NCBI GenBank assembly: GCA_051313645.2
Contig: JBNRSN020000003.1
Coordinates: 442,370,001 to 442,434,000 of the forward strand
From: Centroscyllium fabricii
Lineage: Eukaryota
Length of the DNA: 64,000 nt
Reading direction: 5' to 3'
Position numbers and translations under genes: made by a program. The notes under the pieces are model-generated. The model was given only the letters and a program-made list of their open reading frames with translations, searched no databases and was not told the origin of the DNA. Positions 37,435-50,240 of this stretch are shown here, piece after piece; the first letter of the stretch is position 1, and the number at the start of each line of letters is the position of its first letter.

Positions 37435-38058
37435 TTGATCCGACACAGTTTTTGCTGAAAGATCTTGTTGGTGTTTCCCCTCTCTTGTGTGAACTTCGTC
37501 CCAAGGGTGTTTTTTTGTTAAATTGTATGACATGGGGAATGTTTTCTTCAAGAGAAAAAGAAATCCTGGATCACCACACAGAAGGTGACAGTGTTCAGTC
37601 TTACGGTGTTTTTATTTTAAAGTGTAGATTGTTGATGCTAATCTCGTTGCAGTCCTTGAGATTTTACACAAACGCTACATCGTAACATAGAACTGGAAAG
37701 ATGCTTTTACGAGCACGTTAGCAGATCAGTGCCTGCTTTACTTTTACACCGTGTCATTAATCAATAGTTTGCCTGCTTTCAACGCTCAGCAATCACTTCA
37801 CACTGGACATTTTATTTCCCACCACTTCTTCAACATTTGTTGCCAGCACCGGGACAAGAACGGGGCTTTAGTTTGCTGCAGCTGGCCACAGCTTGAGGCT
37901 CGGTTTGTGCCGCTGGGCTGTTCTCTCATCGCATGTTTGAAGTTGAGAGTTTTGTGTGTATTCCACTATTTCTCTCTGCAAAAAGAAGAACGCACCTTTT
38001 TTGAGATCCGTTAGGTGGCTGTGCGTTAATCTTGGAGAACATTGAGGAAAAGCACAAG

Positions 38059-38827
38059 TCATAAAGTTATACAGCACAGAAAGAGGCCCTTCGGCCCATC
38101 GTGTCCGCACTGTCCATCGAGCCCTGTCTATTCTAATCCCATTTGCCTGCATTTGGTCCGTAGCCTTGTGTGCTATGACATTTCAAGTGCTCATCTAAAT
38201 GCTTCTTGAATGTTGTGAGGGTTCCTGCCTCCACCACCCTTCCAGGCAGTGAGTTCCAGATTCCAACCACCCTCTGGGTGAAAAAGTTCCTCCTCAAATC
38301 CCCTCTAAACCTCCTGCCCCTTACCTTGAAACTATGCCCCCTGCTTATTGACCCCTCTGCTAAGGGGAAAAGTTCCTTTCTATCTACCCTATCTATGCCC
38401 CTCATAATTTTGTACACCTCAATCAGGTCCCCCCCCTCAGCCTTCTCTGCTCCAAGGAAAACAACCCCAGCCTGTCCAGTCTTTCTTCATAGCTGAAGTG
38501 CTCCAGCCCAGGTAACATCCTGGTGAATCTCTTCTGCACCCTCTCCAAAACAATCACATCCTTCCTATAGTGTGGCGACCAGAACTGCACACAGTACTCC
38601 AGCTGTGGCCTTACCAGCGTTTTGTACAGCTCCATCATAACCTCCCTGCTCTTATATTCTATGATGTGGAGGTGCTGGTGTTGGACTGGGGTGGACAATT
38701 GTAAGAAGTCACACAACACCAGGTTATAGTCCAACAGCTTTATTTGAAATCACAAGCTGTTGGACTATAACCTGATGTTGTGTGACTTGCCTTCATTAGC
38801 CGAGGCATAGAATATAAGCATCCCATA
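38059..38827 (-). mobile_element. CR1 3' fragment with a Penelope insertion near its 5' end
   Basis: [22 protein letters not shown]. Confidence 0.9.
38662..38788 (-). mobile_element. Penelope-like mini fold-back
   Basis: Tail plus pLTR end up to tcacaagct, then the inverted arm. Confidence 0.85.
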
Positions 38828-39820
38828 ATGTCTCGTAACGTTTCGTCACCCTGCTTGATTTGGATGCCGACTTCTAATCGATGTCTTTTTTTTCTGTTTT
38901 TTCTGGCTTTCCTCAGGATCTTGAGCTTCTCCGCTGTTGTGTTGGTTGTTAAAGGAGGACAGACTGACATTTTTTAAAATGTATTCATTCACGGGATGTG
39001 GGCATCACCGGCAAAGCCGGCATTTATTGCCCGTTCCTCGTTACCCTCGGGAAGGTGGTGGTGAGCCGCCGCCTTGAACCGCTGCAGTCCGTGTGGTGAA
39101 GGTGCTCCCACAGTGCTGTTAAGGAGGGAGTTTCAGGACTTTGACCCAGCGACGATGTGTGACTTGGAGGGGAATTGCAGGTGGTGGTCTTGCTGGAGAA
39201 GGGGAGGGGGGTCCCCTGCAAATAATATAAAAGTAGATCTTCTCGAAGGTCAGCCAAACAGTGATGGTGACCCTGGATTAGGGTCCTCCATCCTCCTGAT
39301 CAAGGCAACACATGTGCATGCAGCAACTGAGGTCAGAGTGAATCGAGGCAGAAAATGTCCTTAAAAAGGAGAGATTAGCAGTGCTGGGGAGAAAGAGCAG
39401 GGCAGTGAGACTAATTGAATATCTCTTTTAAAAAGCCTGCCCAAGCACGATGGGCTGAATGGCCTCCTGTGTTGTATGAGTATATTGCTCTCCTCCTTTT
39501 CGAGTAGTGCTATGGGATCTGTCACATCCACTTAAGAAAATGGACAGGGCCTCAGTAACATCTCATCCGAAAAAAGGCACCTCCGGCAATGCAGCACTCC
39601 CCCAGTACCGGACTGAAGTGCCAACCTAGTGAAAGGCCTCCTTCTGTGCTGTATGATTCTATTATTATTATATTGCACGAGATGTTAAACCGAGGTCCTG
39701 TCTGCTCTCTCAGGTGGACGTAAAAGATCCCATGGCACTATTTCAAAGAAGAGCAGGGGAGTTATTCCTGGTGCCCCGGCCAATATTTATTCCTCAATGA
39801 CGTCACTAAAAAACATATTA

Positions 39821-40197
39821 CAGACTGAGCACCGGTAATCCGGCACCCTCTGGACCAGGCCGGTGCTGGACCATTGAAAATTCCGAACCACTGAAGGTTA
39901 GGTAAAATAACACGTATTAGGTGCAACCCAAACGCCTGACGCCTTCGGCACTCGCCCACCCTTCACTGAAACTGCGACACAGTTCACTGTACTAGAAATA
40001 ACTGGAAAACTGGAAAGAAGTAGATAAAGCATACAGTATAAACACAATACAGGTAAGAATTAAATTAAATAAAAAACAAAACAATCATTTAATTACCGTG
40101 AATACAGTTCCGCAAACTGCAGACCGCCGGTTTCAATTCGGGCCGGACCACTGAAGGTGCCGGGTTACCGGGTGCCGGATTACCGGTGCTCAACCTG
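39821..40197. mobile_element. Tigger/pogo-like MITE inside a DeuSINE
   Basis: TA-CAGACTGAGCACCGGTAATCCGGCACCC ... GGGTGCCGGATTACCGGTGCTCAACCTG-TA. Confidence 0.85.
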
Positions 40198-40505
40198 TAT
40201 CTGGTCTTTACCACATTGCCATTTGTGGGAGCTTACTGTGCGCAAATTGGCGGCCGCGTTTCCGACATTCCAACAGTGACCACTCTTCAAAAAGTACTTC
40301 ATTGGCCGTGAAGTACTTTGGGACGTCAGGTGGTGGTGAAAGGCGCCATAGAAATGCAAGTCTTTTTATGAAATAAAAATTTCAAGTATTCAAATTTCTG
40401 AGAGTTGCAGTAAATGAAGCCCTTAATTTGTTTCTCTTGGCTGGGTCGTATAGAACTAGGAATCACAGTCCAGAACCAGGGGTCACAGTCTCGGAATAAG
40501 GGGTC

Positions 40506-42203
40506 GGCACGGTGGCATAGTGGTTAGCACTGTTGTCTTACAGCCCTGGAGACCCAGCTTCAAATCCAGCCGCGGGTGACTATCTGTGTGGAGTTTGCAC
40601 ATTCTCCCCGTGTCTGCGTGGGTTTCCTCCGGGTGCTCCGGTTTCCTCCCACAGTCCAAAGATGTGCGGGTTAGGTTGATTGGCCAGGATAAATTAACCC
40701 TTAGTGTTAGGGGGATTGAATATGTGGGGTTGGGGGTAATATTCTGGCATTGGTGGAGGATTGGCTTTCTAACAGAAAACAGAGAGTTGGGATAAATGGT
40801 TCGTTCTCAGACTGGCAATCAGTCACTAGTGGTGTTCCGCAAGGGTCGGTGCTAGGACCCCAACTCTTTACAATCTATATTAACGATTTGGAAGAAGGGA
40901 CCAAGTGCAACATATCAAAGTTTGCGGATGACACAAAAATGGGAGGGAGGGTGATGAATGAGGAGGACATTAAAAACCTGCAAAAGGACATAGATAGGCT
41001 AAGTGAGTGGGCAGAGATTTGGCAGATGGAGTATAATACTGGAAAATGTGAAGTTATGCACTTTGGCAGGAAAAATAATAGAGCGAGTTATTATCTAAAT
41101 GGAAAGGAACTGGAAAGTACTTCAGTGCAAAGGGATCTGGGGGTCCTGGTGCAGGGGACACAGAAAGTTAATATGCAGGTGCAGCAGGTGGTAAGGAAGG
41201 CCAACGGAATGTTGGCTTTTATTGCTAAGGGGATTGAGTATAAAAGCAGGGAGGTCTTGTTGCAGTTGTACAGGGTATTGGTGAGACCACACCTGGAATA
41301 CTGCGTGCAGTTCTGGTGTCCCTATTTAAGAAAGGACATACTTGCTCTCGAGGCAGTGCAGAGAAGATTCACTAGGTTAATTCCGGGGATGAGGGGGCTA
41401 ACATATGACGAGAGGCTGAGTGGATTGGGCCTCTACTCATTGGAGTTCAGAAGAATGAGAGGCGATCTTATTGAAATATATAAGATTGTGAGAGGGCTTG
41501 ATCGGGTGGATGCGGTGAGGATGTTCCCAATGGTGGGTGAGACTAGGACTAGGGGGCATAGTCTTAAAATAAGGGGCTCACATTTCAAAACTGAGATGAG
41601 GGGGAACTTCTTTACTCAGAGGGTGGTGCGGCTGTGGAATTTGCTGCCCCAGAGAGCTGTAGAAGCTACTACGTTGAATAAATTTAAAACTGAGATAGAC
41701 AGTTTCCTGGAATTAAAGGGAATTAGGGGTTATAGTGAACGGGCTGGTAAGTGGACGTGAGGCTAGGTTCAGATCGGCCATGTGATCTCCTGGACCAGTT
41801 TTCGATCGCCTAGATGGGTCGGAGAGGAATTTTACTGTTTTTTTTCTCCCAAATTGGCTACTGGGTTTTTTAATCTGGTTTTTCGCCTCTCCCCGGTGAT
41901 CACATTGGTCTGGGCGGGGTGGAGAGTAAAAATAAAATTGAGGTTAGGATCAGATCAGCCATGATCTTATTGAATGGCGGAGCAGGCTCGAGGGGCCGAT
42001 TGGCCTACTCCTGCTCCTATTTCTTATGTTCTTATGTTCTTATGTTACGGGGATAGGGTGGGATATGTGTCGATGGAGGCTCGATAGGGATTTGGGGAGA
42101 GGGCAGGGGTGGGGTGCTGGGTTTGGATGATCAGCCATGATCTCATTGAATGGCAGAGCAGGCTCGAGGGGCCGAATGGCCTACTCCTGCTCCTAGTTTC
42201 TAT
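40506..42203 (+). mobile_element. HE1-like V-SINE split by a CR1 and itself inside a CR1 (about 40470-42455)
   Basis: SINE reads tatgtggggtt|...|acggggatagg. Confidence 0.85.
40750..41760 (+). pseudogene. CR1 ORF2 RT C-terminal half (element about 40732-42045)
   Basis: GVPQGSVLGP, FADDTK, uninterrupted 336 aa, 5'-truncated. Confidence 0.95.
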
Positions 42204-42645
42204 TTAGGACTGAGATGAGGAGAAATTCCTTCGCTCGGAGGGTGGTGAATATTTGGGATTCTCTACCCCAGAGGCTCAGTCATTGAGTGTATTCAAAACT
42301 GAGCTCGATAGATTTTTGAATATTAAGGGAGTCGAGGAATATGGGGATCAGGCAGGAAAGTGGAGATGCGGTGGAAGATCAGCCATGATCTTATTGAATG
42401 GCGGAGCAGGCTCGAGGGGCCGTGTGGCCGACTCCTGCAACTATTTCTTATGTTAATGCGTTCTGGACGGCTTTAGCAGAGTAAAAAGACAAACTGAGGC
42501 AATTCCACAAGGTGGACTGCTTCCTGATGTAAAATCTGCTGCACGAGTTTACCAAAGTATCGTCTCGTCTCGTCTCTCTACTTGATCTCCGAGGCCGGTG
42601 GCCAGCTGCAGTCTTTCAACTGCACAGGTGAAAGATCAAAACTAA

Positions 42646-43323
42646 AGGCCCTGTCACACCTTGACGAATTAGCTAGCGCATGCCGACGTATGCAAATTTA
42701 TCTAAAACGCTGGCGTTCGCTGAACTATCGATGTTTTTTTCAGTTTTGGGCGTTTACTAGCGTATTCATAACGAGTTGGACGTATGCATAACGTATTAGT
42801 AACGTACACAGAGCGTATCGATAACTTACACCAACTTATACCAACGAATGCTTAGCGTGTTGTCTAGGCTGTATGGCTGCTTCATGGTTGGTTGTAAGGC
42901 GAAGGCATCGTCACCGATAAAGAAGTAAGGCACGTCCTGGTTGTCGTTGGGAAGAGGCTCAGGGTCAGTGAAACCAAGGGTACCGTCTTCAGCGCATTCC
43001 TTCAGCTCAGAGTCATTGTATATCTGCGCATCTGATGCAGATCCAGTACCGCCGACATCTGCCCAAATGAATTTGTAGTCAGCATCCACAAGCGCCATCA
43101 GAACAATGGAGTAGAATCCTTTGTAGTTGTAGTATTGGGACCCAGTCTTTGGAGGACAGCGGCAGGCCACGTGCTTCCCGTCAAGTGCCCCACATGTATG
43201 GGGAAAGTTCCATCGTTGGAAGAACTTGTCAGCTATGGCGCGCCAACCATCAGGAGTACTTGGGCAAACCATCACCTCATCCACGTATTCGTCAATAATG
43301 GCTTGACAGACTTCTCTGACCAC
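42646..43323 (-). mobile_element. PIF/Harbinger remnant: one terminus plus DDE transposase fragment
   Basis: GALDGKH..YNYKGFYSIVLMALVDADYKF..GSASD..FIGDDAFAL; TAA then AGGCCCTGTCACACC terminus. Confidence 0.9.
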
Positions 43324-43842
43324 TAGGAGTCTGACCTAGCAGGAGGGGGTACTGGGTTTGGATGATCAGCCATGATCTCATCAAAATGGCAGAGCAGGCT
43401 CGAAGGGCCGACTGGCCTACTCCTGTTCCTATCTTCTGTGTTTCTGTGAATTTGAAGCCTTTCCAAAGTTAAGAATATCTTAAAGAATGTAAGCCATAGA
43501 GGGCCAGAGACACCAACAAATTGGGGGTGTATTGGGACATATGTCTGGAACCACGGCCGAAGTCAGCCTGAGCGTCAGGTTCGACCCCTGTGCAGCAACA
43601 GGTGGTGTAATAGGTCAGATCTGGACCTGGCTGTGAAACCCCCTTTTACCATTAGGAAATATATAAACTCAAGTGCACATTTGGATTTCCAAAAATAGGA
43701 CTTAAGGGTTTGCCCGCCGTTATCTTCTGCCATTCCCAACAATGATGTAGTAATTGAACTCCAGTATAAATTGGTTTTACGATGCTTAAACCTGGTTATA
43801 ATGGTGTTTAAGACACTAATCCCGCTTCGGAGGGTAAATATT

Positions 43843-44620
43843 GGCACAAAAATTAGCCTGGGAGCCTTGCCGCGGGTGCAAGCTTCAAACCTACACTTAC
43901 GGAGCGCACCTGCCGTTGTCCTGTTCTGGGATTTGAAATCCCGATTCTCTGGCCGGCTCCAAGCTCCACGCGCCGCGCTGAGGCAACTCAGCGGCGTAGT
44001 TAGTGGGCAAGCTCCGCGCGGGACCACGTGGCCCACGGGGAGCCAATCACTAACAAGGATCCTCCATTCATAACTTTGACAGACAGATCTGTCAAAATTA
44101 ATGAATTATAAGAGCCCCCAAAACACACTAAACAATAAAATAAATTTAAAAAACACCACATTTTTTAACATTACTATTCCTAACATAAATTACCTATTTA
44201 AAACAAAAAATAAAACATTTTGAAAAAATATTTTATGTTTCTAACTTGTCTAAAAAACTACTTACCTTTGTTTAAATTATTTAAAAATAAAATACCTGTG
44301 AAAGAAATACATAAATTGAATAAAATAGAGACTTACCTGCTAAAAATGTGTAGTTACGGCTGATATTTTCAGTCGTATCTTTTCCGATACTTACCCTGAT
44401 AAAAAACGTTTAAAAAAAAACGGAATTGCTCTGCGCACTTCCTGGTGCACAGGCCAACGTGCTCTGGCTTTTGACCCCCCCGGAGCCGGCATCGGAAGCA
44501 CTGGTTCTGTGCGCATGCTCGGTGCACACACAGAACCAGTACCTCCGAGGGCTGCACGTGTGAGTACCTGCTCCATACTCCCGCGTTTGGCCTCGGTGGG
44601 GCCATCGGAAAATCCGGACC
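43843..44620. mobile_element. Probable old non-autonomous DNA element
   Basis: att-GGCACAAAAATT start resembles the 1045 element; GC-rich ends, AT-rich core with repeated acttacct; TIR match is weak. Confidence 0.45.
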
Positions 44621-45704
44621 AATATGTAAATGTCGATTTGTGTGGCAGATTCTACACAGGAGGCGATCTAGAGTGTGGAATTATCTTAGCTCTTACTCTT
44701 ACTCTGTTAAGGCCAAGCGTAACGCAGTAATGACTTGGTTTTTGCCTCAACCTTTCCTTATAAGATGTTTATCTTTGAGAAGCAGTTAAATAGTTGTTCT
44801 GGGCTCTACTTTCACCTGTTAGTGGAAGAAAATGTAATCAAAGTACTTCAGCTGCCTCAGTCCTAAGCTCTGGAATTCCACGTCTAAACCTCTCCACATC
44901 TCTCTCTCTCCTTCTTTAAGACGCTCCTTAAAACCTACCTCTTTGACCAAGGTTTTGGTCATCTGTCCTAATATCTCCTTACGTGGCTCGGTGTCAAATT
45001 TCACTTGTTAATGGCTCCTGCGTTAAAGGCGCTGTATAAATGCACGTTGTTGTTGTTGGAAGGCATCAACGCTGATGTGGTTCTAGTGTGCCGCTCGCTA
45101 CCTCCCCAGTGCTCCCCATTCTGTGTGAAGCTTTCACTGTCTATTCTTGAATTACTGTTTTCATATTCTGGGTTTCTCTGACTGGATCTCTTGCCTCTCA
45201 ATCCTGTTTCCTATTTCTCGGCAACACTTTTTTTTGTTTCTTTCTCTCCGTGCTATTTAAATGCAACCTCTCTCCTTTCCTGACTTGCTGCCATACCAGT
45301 CTTCTGTTGAAAAGCAAAATTCACAAATTTTTGCACCTCCTTCGGAAATGTTTTATCTGGCGGAACAGTTAACGGTGTCACTTGGTTTCAGTTAGAAGTA
45401 CCCTGTACTCTCGCCTCTTAATTCAAAAAGGTTATAGGCTCAAGCCTGTAAGGAAATGTAAAACATAACAAGTTGACAACTTGACATATGCTAACCATCC
45501 CATGGTTCTCTTTACCTATGTGATTAACTGCAAAGCTTGCAAAAATGCCAAGAAGAGATGATGTGGGGTTCAGAGTAGTTTGGCAGTGTTGGGGTTAAAA
45601 TAGATGTGTCTCAGAAAGTGCTGAGACTAGATAAGCTTGGAAGAACTGGAGCATAATGCAGCAGTGAGCAATTTTGCGCCAAAACAGGTCATTAAAAGAA
45701 GAAA

Positions 45705-46159
45705 AAAAGACTTGCATTTATATAGTGCCTTTCACGACCGCAGGACGTCCCAAAGCACCTTGCAGCCAATGAAGTATAGTCACTGTTGTAATCTGGGAAA
45801 CATGGCAGCCAATTTATGCACAGCAAGCTCCCACAAACAGCAATGTGATAATAACCAGATAATCTGTTTTAATGATGTTGATTGAGGGATAAATATTGGC
45901 CAGGACACTGGGGATAACGCCCCCTGCTCTTCTTCAAAATAGTAGCCATGGGATCTTTTACGCCCACTTGAGAGAGCAGATGGGGCCTCTGTTTAACGTC
46001 TCATCCGAAAGATGGCACCTCCGACAGTGCGGCACTCCCTCAGTACTGCACTGGAGTATCAGCCTAGATTTTTGGGCTCAAGTCTCTGGAGTGGGACTTG
46101 AACCCATAACCTTCTAACTCAGAGGCGGGAGGGCTACCCACTGAGCCACAGCTGACACT
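45705..46159 (-). mobile_element. DeuSINE-like SINE
   Basis: Full-length match to the other copies. Confidence 0.85.
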
Positions 46160-46219
46160 GCAACATACTGCAGAACTAGTTTAGGTCGGGGTTAGTCAAA
46201 GGGGATAGCACGTGGTGCT

Positions 46220-46511
46220 AGGGTTACATCATATCCTGTGACCACCGTAGGTGTGTTTTAGTAAAAGCTATAAATATGGGACAGAGCCGTAAGCTTTTTG
46301 TTATTCAAGGCTAAGAACCACCTTGGATATGATAAACTCCTAGTCCCCGATGGGTATCTTACTTGTGAGTATATCGACGAATTGCTTGCTTGTGATGATC
46401 TCTTAATTTTCAATAAATCTCTGAAGTAAATCTGTCTAGTGTCCAAGCCTGTTACAGGGAATTATTCAGGACTATGTTGTAAGTCCTAATATTTTGGCGA
46501 CCATAGCAGGA
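46220..46511 (+). mobile_element. Possible LTR end plus primer-binding site remnant
   Basis: ctataaata, aataaa, then TGGCGACCATAGCAGGA; left boundary uncertain. Confidence 0.4.
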
Positions 46512-47185
46512 TAATTTATTATATTTTACTTTTCCTTACAAAGCTCCTAATCTAGACTGACATGCTAAGAGTGCTGCATTGTTAGCGGTGCCGTCATTTG
46601 AGTGAGACATTCCACTGAGGCCCAGTCTGCGTGTTGCGATGGAGGTAAAAGATCCCAGAGCACTGCTTGTTTGAAGAAAGGGCAAGGGGAGTTCTTCAGG
46701 CCAAGATTTATCCCTCAACCAACACTACCAAAAACAAACAAAGGGATGGTGCAACTCATTTTGGTGTTTGTGGGATCTTGCTGTGTGTACATTGGCTACA
46801 GTATTTGCTTACATAACAACGCTGGCTGCACTTCAAAAATACGTTATTGGCATTGAGATATCCTGAGGGTGTGAAAAGGTGCTGCATTAATACAAGATCT
46901 TTGTCCTTTTGCATGTATAGAATTACAATAACAACAGTTTGCATTTCTATAGCGTCTTTAACGTAACAAAAGGTCCCAAGGTGTTTACAGAGGATGTGTA
47001 GCACAGAAACGCGCCATTCGACCCAACTGGGATGATGTTGATTGTGAAGCATTGGAATTGATCAGAATTTTTGAAATGTCAGTCTCCTTTATTTATGATT
47101 GAGTGAGCGGACTGCTTCCTGGCAGGAAAAAACATATATCAGTTATTGTAGAGTTTGTTGGCTTGTATTTTTATTTTTTCCCTTA

Positions 47186-47590
47186 ACATAGAAACATAGA
47201 AGATAGGAGCAGGAGTAGGCCATTCGGCCCTTTGAGCCTGCTCCACCATTCAATGAGATCATGGCTGATCATCCAAACCCAGTACCCCGTCCTTGCCTTG
47301 TCCCCATATCCCTCGATCCCTATCGAGCCTGCACCGACACACATCCCACCCTATCCCTGTAACCCCACATATTCAATTCCCCTAACACTAAGGGTCAGTT
47401 TATCATGGCCAATCAAACTAACCCACACATCTTTGGACTGTGGGAGGAAACCAGAGCACCCGGAGGAAACCCACGCAGACACGGGGAGAATGTGCAAACT
47501 CCACACAGATAATCACCCGAGGCTGGATTTGAACCCGGGTCTCCAGAGCTGTGAGGCAACAGTGCTAACCACTATGCCACCGTGCCGCCC
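47186..47590 (-). mobile_element. HE1-like V-SINE, long-tail form
   Basis: As 25045-25453. Confidence 0.9.
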
Positions 47591-48624
47591 TTGATTCTCC
47601 CCGCATCAGGTACCTACCTTGGCCACACATGTAAGCTTGAGGCCGACCACTAGACCTCCTTCAGTTAGCTCTTGCATAGCCAGAAGCCAGACAGGGACGA
47701 GGGGCTCTCTGTATTTCTTTGCTTGGGTCTGTTTTTTAGCATTTAAAAAAAAATTGTTTATGGGATGTGGGTGCCGCTGGCAAGGCCAGCATTTATTGCC
47801 CATCCCTAATTGCCCTTGAGAAGGTGGTGGTGAGCCGTCTCCTTGAACCGCTGCAGTCCGTGTGGTGAAGGTACTCCCACAGTGCTGTTAGGGAGGGAGT
47901 TCCAGGATTTTGACCCAGCGATGATGAAGGAATGGCTGGTATATTTCCAAGTCAGGATGGTGTGTGACTTGGAGGTGGTGGTGTTCCCATGCGCCTGCTG
48001 CCCTTGTCCTTCTCGGTGGAAGAGGTCGCGGGTTTGGGAGGTGCTGCCGAAGAAGCCTTGGCGAGTTGCTGCAGTGCATCTTGTAGATGGGGTACTCTGC
48101 AGCCACGGTGCACCGGTGCTGGAGGGAGTGAATATTTAAGGTGGTGGATGGGGTACATCTTCCCAGAGCAGCGTGGTTGAGATCTGGAGTAGTCAACATG
48201 AGGTTTCATCCCATCACTCTTGTAATGTTATATATTGTTTTTCCTCCTTGTAATATGAGGTTCAGCCTTAAGTATGAAGAAGTTACAAGGAAAAGAAATA
48301 AATAAAACTTGCATTTCTATGGCGCCTTTCACGACCTCGGGACATCCCAAAGAGCTTTACAGCCAATGGAGTATTTTGGGAATGTAGTTACTGTTGTAAT
48401 GTAGGAAACGCGACAGCTAATTTGCGCACAGCAAGCTCCCACAAACAACAATGAGATAATGACCAGATAATCTGTTTTAGTGATGTTGGTTGAGGGATAA
48501 ATATTGGCCCCAGGACACCGGGGATAACTTTCCTGCTGTTCTTTAAAATAGTGCCATGGGTCTCTTGGGATCTTTTACATCCACCCGAGAGAGCAGACGG
48601 AGCCTTGGTTTTAATGCCTCATCC

Positions 48625-49200
48625 AACATCATACAGTAAGGGAGCAGAATGTGGGTGAAAGTTGGCCCGACGAGTCAGAACAAAAAAGATGGCCACCGGG
48701 AGTGGGCTGCGAGTTCGAGCGGCTCCGGGGGAGCTGGCATGGCGGGAGAAGCAGACCCCGGGCCATCGGACACCGCTCCCGCTATCGCAGCTGCACATCT
48801 GCGCCGATGTGTTCGGCGAGTCAACGAAGCAGCAGAAGCGGCGACGATGACGACCCGCTGCAGCACGTCGGCCGGCAGCTCCTCGGCGGGAGGCTCGAGG
48901 CCCCGACTGTGAGGAGGGGGTGCTGGGCATGAAGAAGGAGGAGGAGGCTGCAGCGGCGGGGTGAACGGAGCGGCTGAAGAACATCGAACGTTGAGAGCAG
49001 GAGAAGCCAGAGCGGAGCAGGAACGGGGCCCGTGACGATGGCGCCGATGAATATGGCTGCCGTCTTACGGGCTCTGTGCATGCCGGGCAGCTTAGTGTCC
49101 TTTGTTGCGCGGTGTATTCGGCTCATAAAGAAAGCGTTTCACTGTCTCGATTGCACCCGTTGTATTTTAGTACATGTGACAAATAAAACTGAATTGAATT
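48625..49200 (+). mobile_element. CpG-rich non-coding retroelement with a Rex1-like tail, inserted in a DeuSINE (about 48305-49348)
   Basis: Host reads ctcatcc|gaaagacggc; ends gtacatgtgacaaataaaact(gaatt)n. Confidence 0.75.
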
Positions 49201-49689
49201 GAAAGACGGCACCTCCGACAGTGCGGCTCTCCCTCAGCACTGCACTGAGTGTGTCAGACTGGATTATTTGCTCAAGTCTCTGGAGTAAGACTTGAACCCA
49301 CCGACCTTCTGACTCTGAGGAGGGAGAGCCACCCGCTGAACCTCGGCATTGGCAGAGATCGGCGAGGAGGCCTCCTCTCCCCTACCGATCCGCTTGGGAG
49401 TGGAGAGTTGGAAGTCCAACAGGACTAAACAGGAAGATAATTATTTACTTAGTGGGAAGAAAATCAGCAATAAAAAGGGGGAGAACAGAAATCATTTTGC
49501 AGCAGTGATTCTGCATGTTCCATTTGTAGTGCCATTCTCCCCTCCTACTGAGTATGGTGCCATCACCTGTTACGACACTGTATTTGTTACGTGGCAAAGC
49601 TTTTAATGAAAAGATCAAAGATAGAACTTTTGTAAGTTACTTCAGGGGTACATGTTTCAGCACCAGTCGATTGTGGTACAGGCTGCACT

Positions 49690-50240
49690 GTGTGAAAACT
49701 ATCAGGACATAAGGGGGAATTTCTACCCAAAATTCATAAAAACATGCAAATATGCCCTGAATTCAAAAATTTGAATGACCACCAAAAACTCCCATATCTA
49801 TTGGGGAACAGAGGAACTGTGTAAAATTAGCGGCAAACTATGTTACAGCTTGCCATAAGCCGAGGGACAACCAGTGACCATTGAATCTAAGAAAAATTAT
49901 ATGTGTATTATATGTGTGTGTGTGTGTATTTTTTTAAAATATATATATATATATATATATATATAGCCATGATGTGGAGGTGCTGGTGTTGGACTGGGGT
50001 GGACAAATGCAAGAAGTCACACAACACCAGGTTATAGTCCAACAGTTTTATTTTAAATCACAAGCTTTCGGAGCGCTGCTCCTTCGTCACCTGTGTGACT
50101 TTTTAATATATATATATATATATATACATGGGTATATTTGTCTATACACTATGTCTAGATCTGCGTCTGTGTTCTTTTTCTGTGCTTTGGCAACACAAGA
50201 TGTATCTTGTCATGCCAATAAAGCAAATTGAATTGAATTG
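49690..50240 (+). mobile_element. Truncated L2/Crack copy
   Basis: CPEFKNLNDHQKLPYLL..RDNQ*, catgccaataaagc end. Confidence 0.85.
49970..50103 (-). mobile_element. Penelope-like mini insertion in a (TA)n tract
   Basis: Tail plus pLTR up to the TGACGA core, then a short inverted tgtgtgactt. Confidence 0.85.

Noticed and set aside
42826-43323. HARBI1 host gene
   Set aside because: Truncated and adjacent to a transposon terminus; treated as a TE remnant
48619-49126. CpG-island gene start with several ORFs
   Set aside because: Lies wholly within an insertion that splits a SINE and ends in a LINE-type tail
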